From Sulfurovum sp. (lineage in GTDB: Bacteria; Campylobacterota; Campylobacteria; Campylobacterales; Sulfurovaceae), in contig JAABRH010000001.1 in NCBI GenBank assembly GCA_011391015.1, forward strand, positions 2,688-66,687: a DNA stretch of 64,000 nt, in the 5' to 3' direction. Made by a program: the position numbers and the translations under genes. Under the pieces are notes generated by a model, which was not told where the DNA came from, searched no databases, and saw nothing but the letters and a program-made list of their open reading frames with translations. How positions within the stretch are numbered: the first letter of the stretch is position 1; each line of letters starts with the position of its first letter. Of this stretch, positions 29,803 through 40,703 are shown in pieces.

Positions 29803-30308
29803 TGATTGAAAGATTATTTGAAACGCTTATTTGGAACAGCAGATTTATCGTCGTTTTGGCGGTTGTGTTTGGATTGATTGGGGCTATTATACTCTTTATT
29901 GTAGCATCGATGGATATCTGGAATGTAGCTGTAGCTACGTATGAAGCCATCGTCACCCATATACATCCTGAGCATTTTCATGAAGATATCGTAGCCGATA
30001 TCATCGGTGCAGTGGATTTGTATCTTATTGCCGTGGTGATGTTTATTTTTTCTTTTGGTCTATATGAGTTGTTTATCTCAGATATCGATCAGGCAAACGG
30101 TAAAAACGGCAGCAAACTCCTTGCTATAGATTCTCTTGACCAGCTTAAAGACAAGATAGCAAAAGTCATCGTGATGGTGTTGGTGGTGAGCTTTTTTCAA
30201 AGGGTTTTGCATACAAGTTTCTCCGCACCATTGGAGATGTTGTATTTTGCGCTTTCCATTACGGCACTTGCGGTAGGGTTGTATTTTTTAAGTAAGGTAG
30301 GTCACTGA
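29802..30308 (+). CDS. YqhA (UPF0114) family membrane protein
   Basis: [30 protein letters not shown]; TAATG coupling to asd. Confidence 0.85.
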   Translation: MIERLFETLIWNSRFIVVLAVVFGLIGAIILFIVASMDIWNVAVATYEAIVTHIHPEHFHEDIVADIIGAVDLYLIAVVMFIFSFGLYELFISDIDQANGKNGSKLLAIDSLDQLKDKIAKVIVMVLVVSFFQRVLHTSFSAPLEMLYFALSITALAVGLYFLSKVGH

Positions 30309-31354
30309 TGGGTAAACTGTTTGTAGATGCTTGTTTGGGCAAAGAGACACCCTATACACCCGTATGGATGATGCGCCAGGCAGGACGTTATCTTCCTGAA
30401 TATATGGCTGTGCGTGCACAAGCTGGCAATTTTCTTAATCTTTGCCATGATCCCAAAAAAGCTGCAGAGGTTACCATTCAGCCACTTGACATTGTGGGTG
30501 TGGACGCGGCTATTTTATTTTCTGATATCCTTGTGATACCTGATGAGATGGGGATGGATCTGAGTTTTGTCAAAGGAGAAGGTCCAAAATTTTCCGACCC
30601 CATAAGAAGCCAAGCAGACATAGAGAGACTCATCGGCGGCGAAGAAGCTGCCAGTAAACTCACTTATGTGTACGATACTATCAAGATTTTAAGAGAACAG
30701 CTTGATGCAAGAGGTGATGAAAAAGCGCTCATAGGTTTTACAGGCGCACCATGGACACTGGCTACTTATATGATAGAAGGTGAAGGTACCAAAACCTACA
30801 ACATCTGTAAAAAAATGATGTATGCCAATCCAGAACTTCTTCATAGCATATTGGCCAAAGTCACTGAAGTAGTCAAATACTATATGGAAAAACAGATCCA
30901 GGCAGGGATTGATGTAGTTCAGATATTTGACAGCTGGGCAGCAGCCATAGAGCCCAGTAAATATGATGAGTTTTCATGGAAATACATGGTAGAGATAGCT
31001 GAGTATCTGAAGTCTAAATATCCTCATATCCCCATCATTATGTTCCCTAAGGGCGTGGCATCATTTATCGAGCGTGGCGGTGTGTATGGAGATTTTGATG
31101 TGTTCGGTGTAGACTGGGGAACACCTATGGCAATGGCAAAAGAGAAACTGGGTGAGAGATATGTCCTTCAAGGCAATATGGAGCCATGCAGACTCTACTC
31201 CAAAGAAGCAACGACACAGTGTGTGGAAGCGATTCAGGAGATCATGGGCGGGAAAAGACACATTTTCAACTTGGGACATGGAATTTTGCCTGATGTACCT
31301 GTTGAGAATGCCAAACATTTTGTGAGTGAATGCCAAAGAGTAAGCAGACACTAA
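30308..31354 (+). CDS. hemE: Uroporphyrinogen decarboxylase
   Basis: [30 protein letters not shown]. Confidence 0.98.
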   Translation: MGKLFVDACLGKETPYTPVWMMRQAGRYLPEYMAVRAQAGNFLNLCHDPKKAAEVTIQPLDIVGVDAAILFSDILVIPDEMGMDLSFVKGEGPKFSDPIRSQADIERLIGGEEAASKLTYVYDTIKILREQLDARGDEKALIGFTGAPWTLATYMIEGEGTKTYNICKKMMYANPELLHSILAKVTEVVKYYMEKQIQAGIDVVQIFDSWAAAIEPSKYDEFSWKYMVEIAEYLKSKYPHIPIIMFPKGVASFIERGGVYGDFDVFGVDWGTPMAMAKEKLGERYVLQGNMEPCRLYSKEATTQCVEAIQEIMGGKRHIFNLGHGILPDVPVENAKHFVSECQRVSRH

Positions 31355-31369
31355 ATCCAAAGGATTGTC

Positions 31370-32734
31370 TTGAAAAGAGAAACCTACCATGTAGCAGTGG
31401 AAGAGTGCGAGATGGACATCGTGGGGCACAAGGTCTTTGTACGGCTGAGAGATATTCCTATGTATCTCTCCAAAAGCACTAAAGACAGCATCCGAAACCG
31501 CTACAGCCACTCCATTGAAGTGGGGCTCAGTACAGAATACATCCTTAATCATCTCAGCCATCAGCTCGGAGAGGATGTCAATCTCAATTTTTTTAACATA
31601 GGAAAGATAGTAGGCTTTTTGCATGACATCGGTCATACGGCATTTAGCCATGACGGTGAGATCATCTTAGATAAGATGCTTCAAAAAGCCTCGGCATCTT
31701 TTGCAACCCCGCTACGGTTTAATGCCAATCTCAATAATTTTAGACGTATTATCAAGTATGGATTTTATGATAACCTTCCCCAAGACGTGCAGGAGTATGC
31801 CTTTGCCTCTTTGGTAAAGCGTGTGGGAGAACTGGAAGAATACCCCGAATTTCACTACCTAAAAACCTATGTAGACAATGCCATTGCACTCGAAGAGAAC
31901 TATCTGGCATCAAAAAATATCATTATTCAAAATACAACAGGTAAAACCATTTTGTGTCAAGCGATGGATTTAGCCGATGAGAACAGGTACCGTGTTACCG
32001 ACATCATTGATGTGCTCAATATCTACTCTAAAGAAAAACTCCAAGAGATACTGCTGCGTACCATCAGTTCTGAGGTACGGGTTAAAGACATTCGTAAACT
32101 GGTGCATTTTAAAACACTGGCTGTACCAGGATATGAAAGCCTGCATTTTGATAAGATGAAGATTAAAGATCTGCTCATTGCACTGTTGAAACGTTCAAGC
32201 AATGCCAAAACAGAATTTCAAAATACCATGAACAGTATTTCGATGGCATTCAACAGAAACCTCAGACTCTCAGAGGAAGGTAAGCTTGTCACTGTTGATA
32301 TGGAGATTGAAGCTTTGCGAAAAGATTTTCAAAAAGTGGCTGCAAAATATATATGGGGGTCTAAAAAGGTGCAAAATATCAAAAAGCCTTTTAGTCATTA
32401 TTTTATGACGGTAGCAGACTATTTTATCACTAAAGACTTCGATATAGAGTTAATCGACAGCAACACCTACAAAGAAGCTCTGACTGACTTAAACAAAGAC
32501 GAGCTAAATGCAGAGGAGTATGAGCGGGAGAGATTGAGCTTAGTGCGCAATTTTTTGGGTGGACTAACCAATCTGAAAATCATGGAACTCTATAAAAAAA
32601 TCGCCTTATTGAGACTTGAAGCAAAATTGGGATACAAATTGGAAAAGCGAGAGAAGCTGGTTGAAAAAAATACGGTAGAATCGTTTGAGAAAAAACTAGA
32701 AAAACAAGAACAGAGACTCTTGGGAAAGAAGTAA
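31370..32734 (+). CDS. Divergent dGTP triphosphohydrolase-like HD protein
   Basis: RNRYSHSIEV, HDIGHTAFSHDGE, FNAN, AMDLAD; TTG start with SD AAGGA. Confidence 0.8.
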   Translation: MKRETYHVAVEECEMDIVGHKVFVRLRDIPMYLSKSTKDSIRNRYSHSIEVGLSTEYILNHLSHQLGEDVNLNFFNIGKIVGFLHDIGHTAFSHDGEIILDKMLQKASASFATPLRFNANLNNFRRIIKYGFYDNLPQDVQEYAFASLVKRVGELEEYPEFHYLKTYVDNAIALEENYLASKNIIIQNTTGKTILCQAMDLADENRYRVTDIIDVLNIYSKEKLQEILLRTISSEVRVKDIRKLVHFKTLAVPGYESLHFDKMKIKDLLIALLKRSSNAKTEFQNTMNSISMAFNRNLRLSEEGKLVTVDMEIEALRKDFQKVAAKYIWGSKKVQNIKKPFSHYFMTVADYFITKDFDIELIDSNTYKEALTDLNKDELNAEEYERERLSLVRNFLGGLTNLKIMELYKKIALLRLEAKLGYKLEKREKLVEKNTVESFEKKLEKQEQRLLGKK

Positions 32735-32735
32735 G

Positions 32736-33647
32736 ATGCAAGTGATATTTGGTCCGGTTCATTCACGCCGTTTTGGCAAGTCTTTGGGTATTGATTTGAG
32801 CCCCGGTAAAAAACAGTGTAATTTTGACTGTCTCTACTGTGAGCTGGACGCTGCAAAAACAGTGGATGCCTACGATGAGGTAGTAAGCGTAGAGACCATC
32901 ACCACTGCGCTTAAAGCTTCACTTAAGGAGCATAAAGACATAGACTTCATTACGCTCACTGCTAACGGCGAGCCTACACTTTACCCCCATCTTGGTGAGC
33001 TTGTTGATGAGATCAATACATTTAAAGGTCCAATTAAGACACTCATTCTCTCCAATGCCGCAAATATTGATGATAGCAAGGTACAAGAAGCCCTTCTGAA
33101 GATAGATGAGGTGAAGCTCTCTTTGGATTGTGCCACACAAAAATGTCTGCAAAAGCTTGACCGTTCTCATGCCGGTATCGATGTGGAACATATCAAATCT
33201 GGGATGTTGGATTTTAAAGCGAAATACAAAGGCATACTCGTCATAGAGATACTCATCGTCAAAACACTCAATGACTCTACACAGGAGATAGCCAAACTCA
33301 ATGAGTATTTACTGAGATTACAACCCGTTCGCATAGATATCGGCACGATAGACAGACCGCCTGCCTACAAGGTAGAGCCGGTTAGCTATGAGAGGTTACT
33401 TGAGATCAGTCATCTCTTTGATAGCAGCCTGCCCATCTATATCGTTTCACGTAAAAAAGCAGAGATGACACCTTCGCATTACAATGAAGAGCAGATACTT
33501 CAAACACTCTCTCAACGACCCCTCACAGCAGAAGATATTGAGGTGCTTTTTGATGAGGAGAGTCAGAAAAGCTTTGATGCACTGCTGATAGAAGAGAAAA
33601 TCAAAAAAGTCACTGCAAATGGCGTAGAATTTTACAAAAAAGCCTAA
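32736..33647 (+). CDS. Radical SAM protein
   Basis: FGPVHSRRFGKSLGIDL, CNFDCLYC, GEPTL. Confidence 0.92.
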   Translation: MQVIFGPVHSRRFGKSLGIDLSPGKKQCNFDCLYCELDAAKTVDAYDEVVSVETITTALKASLKEHKDIDFITLTANGEPTLYPHLGELVDEINTFKGPIKTLILSNAANIDDSKVQEALLKIDEVKLSLDCATQKCLQKLDRSHAGIDVEHIKSGMLDFKAKYKGILVIEILIVKTLNDSTQEIAKLNEYLLRLQPVRIDIGTIDRPPAYKVEPVSYERLLEISHLFDSSLPIYIVSRKKAEMTPSHYNEEQILQTLSQRPLTAEDIEVLFDEESQKSFDALLIEEKIKKVTANGVEFYKKA

Positions 33648-33653
33648 ACACTC

Positions 33654-33682
33654 TTGACTTTAAAGGTGTTTTTGCCTATAAT
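33654..33682 (+). promoter_or_regulatory. Sigma70-type promoter of tRNA-Asn
   Basis: TTGACT-17 bp-TATAAT. Confidence 0.75.
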
Positions 33683-33722
33683 TTCCCCCACGAAACAAGC
33701 ACCTTGCTTTTTTCTTAAACAT

Positions 33723-33797
33723 TCCGAATTAGCTCAGCGGTAGAGTAGGTGACTGTTAATCACTTGGTCGCAGGTTCGAATCCTGCATTCGGAGCCA
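33723..33797 (+). tRNA. tRNA-Asn (GTT)
   Basis: Acceptor stem TCCGAAT/ATTCGGA, anticodon loop CTGTTAA, T-loop GTTCGAATC, encoded CCA. Confidence 0.97.
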
Positions 33798-34137
33798 CTA
33801 CAAACAACGTTCTCACAGTACTTTCAAGCCTTAAGGTTCGATTAGGTGTCAAGTTTATTTTTTACACGTATCAACTGCCAATTTTAACACAAACACAATC
33901 CCACTTCATGTAAGCAGCTAAAATTCAGAGAATTCTGTAAAAAATGCCAATTCTAATCCTCAGTGCAATTTCGCCTTAATTATGCAGCTAAAAATTTAGT
34001 GAATTTTTAAAACTTCCCAGGGACTTATAGTTAAAAAATAGATTTCTGTAATATTTAACGTAAATAAAACTTCTTTTGCATTTAATGTAAAATGTTCTTA
34101 GGCATATAAAAAATGACCTAATTTTACGAAAGGAGAA

Positions 34138-34338
34138 ATGAATATGTCTACAAGAAATGAAGAAATGTTAGAACCAAAATGGATGGATCCTAAGCAACTT
34201 CATAAGTTTCGCGGTTTTTCAATCAGTCGTCAAGCTGTTTTGAGATCTGGGAAAAAAATACCCCACTAACGCATTGGCCGCTACATAAGGTATTTAACAT
34301 CAGAGATCGATGAGTGGATACTTAGTTATAAAGCATGA
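34138..34338 (+). pseudogene. Excisionase-like (Xis/HTH_17) gene with in-frame stop
   Basis: SD AAGGAG; ...KWMDPKQL..RGFSISRQAVLRSGKKIPH*RIGRYIRYLTSEIDEWI; TAA at 34267-34269. Confidence 0.7.
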
Positions 34339-34823
34339 ATTATTGTAACCCGTTTCTAAAACTCAAACTTGTAGAAATCGGGTATCAGTCTATAGACTAG
34401 GAAGAATTGTATCATAATTCTTCCTATGTTTTTCACTAATCAACTCCTATACTTATTGAAACCAATAAAACTACCAAAGCTTCATATATTTTTAGAATAA
34501 GTATAATTCATTGCAATCCGCTATATATCTATAAAAAACTCCCCGGGGAGTTAAATTTCATTTTTATGTAAATATTTGATTTGAAATCCGATAGATGTGA
34601 AGTCAAACCCATCAAAAAATAAAAACAATAGTTAAGTTCAATGGATGTTTACACTGTTCAATGGTGTAGTATATGCGAGTTTTGTCGATTATGCTAATAA
34701 ACTTTAACTTGTATCAAGCCAGTACTTCGACTTCTCTCGCTCTGAAATGATAGGTAATCTGTCATGAATGGGTCTCAATTTGCTACGAGAATGGGCCTAT
34801 TTAAAATTAATTGAGATAAATCT

Positions 34824-37800
34824 TTATGTTCTTTTAACTTTGTCATCTTTTACCGTCCATATAAACACTATAGGGATAAATACCAATGTCATTAATGTTC
34901 CTGCAATCAATCCGCCTATTGCTACTGCACCAAGGGGTGCCAATCTTTCCAGTCCTATAGCGGCTCCCTGTGCTACGGGAAGCATACCCACAGAGACTGC
35001 AAATGCTGTCATAAGTACAGGTCTTGTACGGATTCTAATCGATTCTAGCATGGCCTCTCTTTTATTCTTTCCTGATTGCATCTGTTCAAGCGCAAAGTGT
35101 ACGAGTAAAATAGCATTATTGACTATAACGCCCGAGAGTAACATGAAACCCATCATCGCTGGCATAGAGGTATGGTAGCCCAGAGCAAGCATTGTCCATG
35201 ATGCTCCGATGATAGTAAGAGGAATAGAGAAGAGTATCATCAATGCTATCTTCACATCAGAAAACATCATGATAAGCGTAAAAAAGATAAGCACTACAGC
35301 AACGATAATCGCACCTATCATACGCTCTGCAGAAGCTTTAAACTGTTTGATATCTCCAATCTGTTCAAGCGTTACCGTTTGAGGAAGGTCTATTGTTTCA
35401 AGCTGTTTTTCAAAGTTTGCCATGATGTGAGAAATAGCACCTTTTTCTCTGTTGCCATACACCTCAAGGGTATAGGCCAATCCCTCTCTTGTAATAGCGC
35501 TGGGCTCTTTTGTAAGCTCTAAGTTTGCTATGGTGTCTAAAGGGATTTTTCCTGTAGGTGTATCAATAAGCATTTGCATCAGTGTGTCAAACTGATCAAT
35601 CTGTTTTTTGGGTAGCCATACCCTCACTGTATAGTCGATACTATTGGCTTTGGGAAATGTTGCTACAGGTGCTCCCCGTAAGGCTAGTTGTAGTTGCGTT
35701 GTGATATCTGAACGCGTTAGTTTGTAACTGAACGCTTTGGCTTCATCTATGTTAAGGTTATAAATGACTTTATCCATATCCCATGTCGTAGAAGTTGAGA
35801 CGACGCCTTGTGTTTTTTGTAGCGCTTCTTCAACCATATGACCTGCGGTTTGGAGCAACTCTAAATCGGGACTGCTTAATTTGGCATCGACGGAGGCACG
35901 GATGCTTGCAAGTGCAGTTGCACCATAAGGGGATATATCCAAATTTTTAACATCAGGAATTTGAGCTATCTCTTGACGCAACGCTTTGGCGATTTGCCAG
36001 ATATCTTCTTCTCTCTTATGTCGATCTACATAGGTTGCAACAATAGAGATAGAGTCTATACCACTGCCGCTGCCTATACTAAGAACACCTGCTTCACTTC
36101 CGATACTTCCAGAAATACGTAACAATTCACCCTGTTTGGCAATAATCTCGTTCACCTTTTTCATTATCGCTTCACTTTTTGCTATAGGCAAATTGGCATC
36201 TGTGTTGATTTTGATAGTTACGCCTCCTGTATCCATGGGCGGCATAAGCTCTTGCCCCACAACAGGCATGACTACTTTAACTGAAGTCACAAAAAGTGCG
36301 ATGAGCACAACAAAAGAGAAAAATCCCAAATATTTAGAAGCGGTTATCGCTTTGACAAGTGAGGCAAAGAAACCTTGAATTTCATCATTTGCCCTGGCAA
36401 TTATAGTATGAAAACGATTCTCAATTTTTAGCAAAAGAGGATTTTGAATGGCTAAGATATATAGTGAGAGCAGAGGTACAGCAACGATTGAGATAACATA
36501 AGATGCAACTAAAGCCAACAGAAGTGTACCAACAAGAGGGGCAAAAACCGTTTGAGGGTATCCTCCTACAAAAAGCATCGGCGAAAGTGCTATCATTGTA
36601 GTTACTGTACCGCTAAAGTCTGCAAACATGATTTCCTTGGTTCCATCATAGACTGCTGCGTGTATCTCTTTGCCTAGTTCTCTGTAATGCCTCTCAATGT
36701 TTTCCATCACCACTAAGGTATCATCTAGTAAAAGTCCCAATGCCAAGATAATCGCGGTAAGGGTTACAACGTTAAAGTCTATGCCAACAAGCCACATCAA
36801 CGCGATGGTTGAGGCATATACCAGAGGAATCGTTACCAATACCACCAATGTTTGACGGAAACTTGCCAAAAAAAGGAAAACAACAAGCGTGGACATGATT
36901 ATCGCATCACGAAGTGACTCAAACATATTTTCAGTGCTCTGCACGATAGTCTCTTTTTGGGTATCACTTACTTCAAAGTTGATGTTTGGGTAACGTGCCT
37001 TAAAATCATCCATAATCATTTCAGCTTGATTGATGGTTTGTATCACATCGGCTGAGAGGGAACGCTGGATAGAGAGTGCTATGGCAGCTTTGCCATTTCC
37101 GTAATACGCAGCCGTGTTTTTATAATGACCAAAATAGACCTCTGCGACATCAGAGAGTTTTATCTCCTCTGTCAGCCTCAATGCTTTGAGACTATCGACC
37201 TTTTGTCTTTTTCCTTGAGATTTGAGTAGGTAACGATGTGCTTCATTCTCTACAAAACCTATGGCATATTCAGTATCATTTTTTTGCAGGGTGGCAATGA
37301 TTTGCCCTAGTGAGAGATGATAGTTGTCTAACTTTTCTTTATCTACTATGATCTGCAACTCTTTTTCATACCCGCCAAAGATATCTACATTTGCAATATC
37401 TTTGGACTTTAGCAGCGAATGTTTGATATCACTATCTGCCAAATCACGAATATCTTCCAGCGTCAGTGTTGTATTGGCTTTGGGGGACATTGCTATGACC
37501 AATACAGGTGCTGTTGCTTCGGTGATTTTAATGACTTGGGGTTCTTTAATGTCTTTAGGAAGTTTTGCGCGAATTTTTGAAAGTGCATTGGTAACATCGT
37601 TGACTGCGGTATCGATATTTTTATTGTATTCAAACTCGGCTCGAATGACCGTAACCTCATCAATCGTATTGGAATAGGCACGGCGAATTTCATCCAGTGC
37701 ATAAAGTTCTTCTTCAACAGGTACGGCGATATTGCTTGCCATTGTCTTGGCTGATGCACTTGGCTGAACAATAACCAGTGCAACTTCAGGATAGTTAGAA

Positions 37801-37931
37801 TTGGGGAAAAGGTTACGGTGTATTTTTCCGTAACCCATCATGCCGCTAAAGACAAACAGTGCAAGAAAAGAGAGAATGATATGTGGTTTTTTAAGCATTT
37901 TCTCTACCCAAGAGCCAGAGAATTTACTCAT
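34824..37931 (-). CDS. RND efflux permease (AcrB/CusA superfamily)
   Basis: 1035 aa; GLLLDDTLVVMENI, VNNAILL, RTRPVLMT. Confidence 0.93.
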   Translation of the reverse strand: MSKFSGSWVEKMLKKPHIILSFLALFVFSGMMGYGKIHRNLFPNSNYPEVALVIVQPSASAKTMASNIAVPVEEELYALDEIRRAYSNTIDEVTVIRAEFEYNKNIDTAVNDVTNALSKIRAKLPKDIKEPQVIKITEATAPVLVIAMSPKANTTLTLEDIRDLADSDIKHSLLKSKDIANVDIFGGYEKELQIIVDKEKLDNYHLSLGQIIATLQKNDTEYAIGFVENEAHRYLLKSQGKRQKVDSLKALRLTEEIKLSDVAEVYFGHYKNTAAYYGNGKAAIALSIQRSLSADVIQTINQAEMIMDDFKARYPNINFEVSDTQKETIVQSTENMFESLRDAIIMSTLVVFLFLASFRQTLVVLVTIPLVYASTIALMWLVGIDFNVVTLTAIILALGLLLDDTLVVMENIERHYRELGKEIHAAVYDGTKEIMFADFSGTVTTMIALSPMLFVGGYPQTVFAPLVGTLLLALVASYVISIVAVPLLSLYILAIQNPLLLKIENRFHTIIARANDEIQGFFASLVKAITASKYLGFFSFVVLIALFVTSVKVVMPVVGQELMPPMDTGGVTIKINTDANLPIAKSEAIMKKVNEIIAKQGELLRISGSIGSEAGVLSIGSGSGIDSISIVATYVDRHKREEDIWQIAKALRQEIAQIPDVKNLDISPYGATALASIRASVDAKLSSPDLELLQTAGHMVEEALQKTQGVVSTSTTWDMDKVIYNLNIDEAKAFSYKLTRSDITTQLQLALRGAPVATFPKANSIDYTVRVWLPKKQIDQFDTLMQMLIDTPTGKIPLDTIANLELTKEPSAITREGLAYTLEVYGNREKGAISHIMANFEKQLETIDLPQTVTLEQIGDIKQFKASAERMIGAIIVAVVLIFFTLIMMFSDVKIALMILFSIPLTIIGASWTMLALGYHTSMPAMMGFMLLSGVIVNNAILLVHFALEQMQSGKNKREAMLESIRIRTRPVLMTAFAVSVGMLPVAQGAAIGLERLAPLGAVAIGGLIAGTLMTLVFIPIVFIWTVKDDKVKRT

Positions 37932-39003
37932 TCTGGGCTCCTGTTATCTCTACTTTATCATACGCAGGAAGTTGAGACAACTTTACTTCACTGGCTTTTG
38001 CGATTGCTGAAGTAGGGCAGGGAGAAACGAGCATCTGCTGATCTTCTTGCATCTCTATGGTGACGTGAACAAGTGTAAATTTACCTTTTTCATACATCAT
38101 CACAAAGCTTCCTTCTTTTTTATGTAAAACCGTATCACTCGGTACGATGCATCCCTTGGATTTTTTTGTCAGCACGTGAATAGTCAAGCTGCTTCCTACA
38201 GGCAAATCAAGTGTAGAGTTCAGTTCAACTTCTGCTTTTGCTAAGCCATTGCTTGAAGTTGTGTAAAGCGCTTTAATGCTGCCTATTGGCTCATTTTCGG
38301 CCCATACTTCAAGACCCTTTTGGATGGAGGCATTCTCAGGAGGATAAGAAAAAATGAGCTTTTTTACACCACTGCTTAAGGAGAGGATAGGTTTACCCGA
38401 TGCGGCCAAATCACCCTCATGAAGCAGTACGGCATCCACTTCTGCATCAAAAGGCGCTACTATTTTAAGATAAGAGAGCTGGTGTGTCTGTTGTTCTATT
38501 TTTTGTATCGTGTTTTCCAAGGTTGCTTGCTTGTTTTGCACTGCTGCGCTTGAGATATCCAATTGTTCTTTTGCCAATCCTCCAACCCTAAAGAGTTTTA
38601 CATTGCGCGCATAGATACTTTTTGCTAATGCCAGGTCATCTTGATGTGCGGTGTGGGTGGCTTTTAGGGCTTGTATGGTCGATTTTAACTCCATCTGGTC
38701 AATCTGCACAAGTACATCACCTTTTTTCACTTTCTGCGATTCTTGAACAAAGATCTGCTCCACATAACCTGTTAGTTTTGAAGAGAGATTGATGCTCTTA
38801 TCAGAAGCGATGTGTGCCAAATAGGTCGCTTTGTGCTCCAGCACTCCTTGTGTCGGATTTACCACAGAGACGCTTATGGATGTTGCAACAGGCAATACTT
38901 CATTGGCTACTTCAGATTTTCTGTCTTCCAATAGTCCTTTGCCTTTCATCATCAGTAGTGCTACAACAATTATAACCATGACGATGCCACTATTTTTTTT
39001 CAT
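37924..39003 (-). CDS. RND membrane-fusion (periplasmic adaptor) protein
   Basis: Lipoyl halves VKKGDVLVQID and IVAPFD around a coiled hairpin; between TolC and RND genes. Confidence 0.9.
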   Translation of the reverse strand: MKKNSGIVMVIIVVALLMMKGKGLLEDRKSEVANEVLPVATSISVSVVNPTQGVLEHKATYLAHIASDKSINLSSKLTGYVEQIFVQESQKVKKGDVLVQIDQMELKSTIQALKATHTAHQDDLALAKSIYARNVKLFRVGGLAKEQLDISSAAVQNKQATLENTIQKIEQQTHQLSYLKIVAPFDAEVDAVLLHEGDLAASGKPILSLSSGVKKLIFSYPPENASIQKGLEVWAENEPIGSIKALYTTSSNGLAKAEVELNSTLDLPVGSSLTIHVLTKKSKGCIVPSDTVLHKKEGSFVMMYEKGKFTLVHVTIEMQEDQQMLVSPCPTSAIAKASEVKLSQLPAYDKVEITGAQNE

Positions 39004-40286
39004 TTTCTAGCCCCTTTTTCTAACAAATAATCTACATAATAGAGATTCTTTTGATACGTGTATTTACTCTCAATAAGCTTTGCCTCGGCGACTTGTCTTT
39101 TTGCTTTTGCCAAAAGCAGATCATTGAGTGTGGCAACATCATTTTCATAACGTACTTTTTCGATGCTTTCACTTTTTTTTGAAAGATCTAGTTGCGCAGA
39201 GTTTCCCCTATACTCTGCATAACTTTGTTTTATATTTTCTACTCCCTGAATCAGAAGTTTTCGCAGATCAAGCAGCGTCTGTTCTTTTTCAAAGCTGGCT
39301 TCCATTTTGGCAATCTTTGCTTCCTGTATGTTTAAATCTCTTTTACCAAAATCCACAAGATTCCATTTTACATTCACACCTACTTGCCACAATGTTTCAT
39401 CCTCAAACTCACTACTAGTAAGATCTTCACCATAGTTTTTGCCTGTATAGGTACCTAGATTTACCTGGGGAAGTTTGGCTGATTTGCTTTTGGCTATCAT
39501 TTTATCTGCTTTGGCTACCGCCATATTTTCCACAGCTACTTTGGTTAAACCTGAAGCTTGTTCAAAAAGCTTATTTACGTTATATGAAGGTTTTTTGACT
39601 TTGATGGACAGTGGCGTTATCTTTTCTGCATCTTTGCCTACTAAAGCGGAAAGTGTCGCTTTTGTCATCTTGATGGTGCTTTTAAGTATCTCCTGTTGTG
39701 TTTGCGATGCACTAAGATCTGACTGGGCTTTAAACAAATCTATTTCTGCTTTTTTACCTATTTTGACCTCATACTCAATCTGTTCTGTAAGTTTTTTCAG
39801 TGCCTTCACATAAGCCTTCTGTGCATTAAAAAGCTCTTTTTGTGCCAACACAGAAAGATAAAGCGAACGAATAGTGTAAATCAGCTGCTCTTGTGTCAGG
39901 TGTGCTTTTGCCATGCTCATCTGCTTGCCAAGGTCATCTATCTCTATCTGTCTAGTTTGTGCAAAACCTGTAAAAAGAGGCACACTATAGGTAATGCCGC
40001 TTAAAATAAGGTCTTGTGTCGTCGTAATCGGTACGCCCGATTGAAGAACTGTAGGTGTCAGGGGTATGAGCGTGCGGGGTGTGTTGAAATGTGTAAAATC
40101 TCCCACAAAATCAACAGATCCATACTGCTCAACTTTGCTCTGGTCACGTTTTGTTTGCGATAACTCTATTTGTGTTTGACTCTTTTTTGCTGTTGTACTG
40201 TATGACGTGGCATACTGTATCAGCCCGTCTAAGGTGTCACTCAATAGTGGAATACTCAATAAAATAATGGTAAAAATGTGTTTCAT
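39000..40286 (-). CDS. TolC-family outer-membrane efflux protein
   Basis: Signal peptide, YSVPLFTGF, OEP-repeat pattern; first gene of the tripartite operon. Confidence 0.9.
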   Translation of the reverse strand: MKHIFTIILLSIPLLSDTLDGLIQYATSYSTTAKKSQTQIELSQTKRDQSKVEQYGSVDFVGDFTHFNTPRTLIPLTPTVLQSGVPITTTQDLILSGITYSVPLFTGFAQTRQIEIDDLGKQMSMAKAHLTQEQLIYTIRSLYLSVLAQKELFNAQKAYVKALKKLTEQIEYEVKIGKKAEIDLFKAQSDLSASQTQQEILKSTIKMTKATLSALVGKDAEKITPLSIKVKKPSYNVNKLFEQASGLTKVAVENMAVAKADKMIAKSKSAKLPQVNLGTYTGKNYGEDLTSSEFEDETLWQVGVNVKWNLVDFGKRDLNIQEAKIAKMEASFEKEQTLLDLRKLLIQGVENIKQSYAEYRGNSAQLDLSKKSESIEKVRYENDVATLNDLLLAKAKRQVAEAKLIESKYTYQKNLYYVDYLLEKGARK

Positions 40287-40388
40287 CTATCCTGCTCCTG
40301 CACACTATCGGCGCAATTATATTGGGTCAATGTGAACACAAACTGAACTTTGGTGTTCTACTTTGAGGATACCAATCTTTTCACTTTT

Positions 40389-40703
40389 TTAAAGATTGGG
40401 CGTCCACTCTGTGTTTTCTTCTGAGGGTCGATTTTGCAGGGCTTCCATCTGTGCTTCATAGGCCATAATTTGCTGACGCACTTCGTTGATTTGTGCAGGA
40501 CTTACATTGTCTTCAGTTGACCATGCAACCTCTATTTCACCGCCATATTCTTCGCCTATCAACTCTATTTTATGAGCATATTCATTGATATCCAGACAGA
40601 CTATCCTGACATTTTCTTCACTTGCTTCTTTTGTGGTATCTCTTAATTCTATATACCAACGCCCTAAAGGATTTGTTTTAATGACTGATTCGATGATTAC
40701 CAT
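40389..40703 (-). CDS. Hypothetical acidic protein coupled to napD
   Basis: TAATG overlap with the napD stop; hairpin at about 40349-40374 downstream. Confidence 0.75.
   Translation of the reverse strand: MVIIESVIKTNPLGRWYIELRDTTKEASEENVRIVCLDINEYAHKIELIGEEYGGEIEVAWSTEDNVSPAQINEVRQQIMAYEAQMEALQNRPSEENTEWTPNL

Noticed and set aside
34768-35178. 136-aa plus-strand ORF
   Set aside because: Antisense to the RND permease C-terminus; no motif or RBS.
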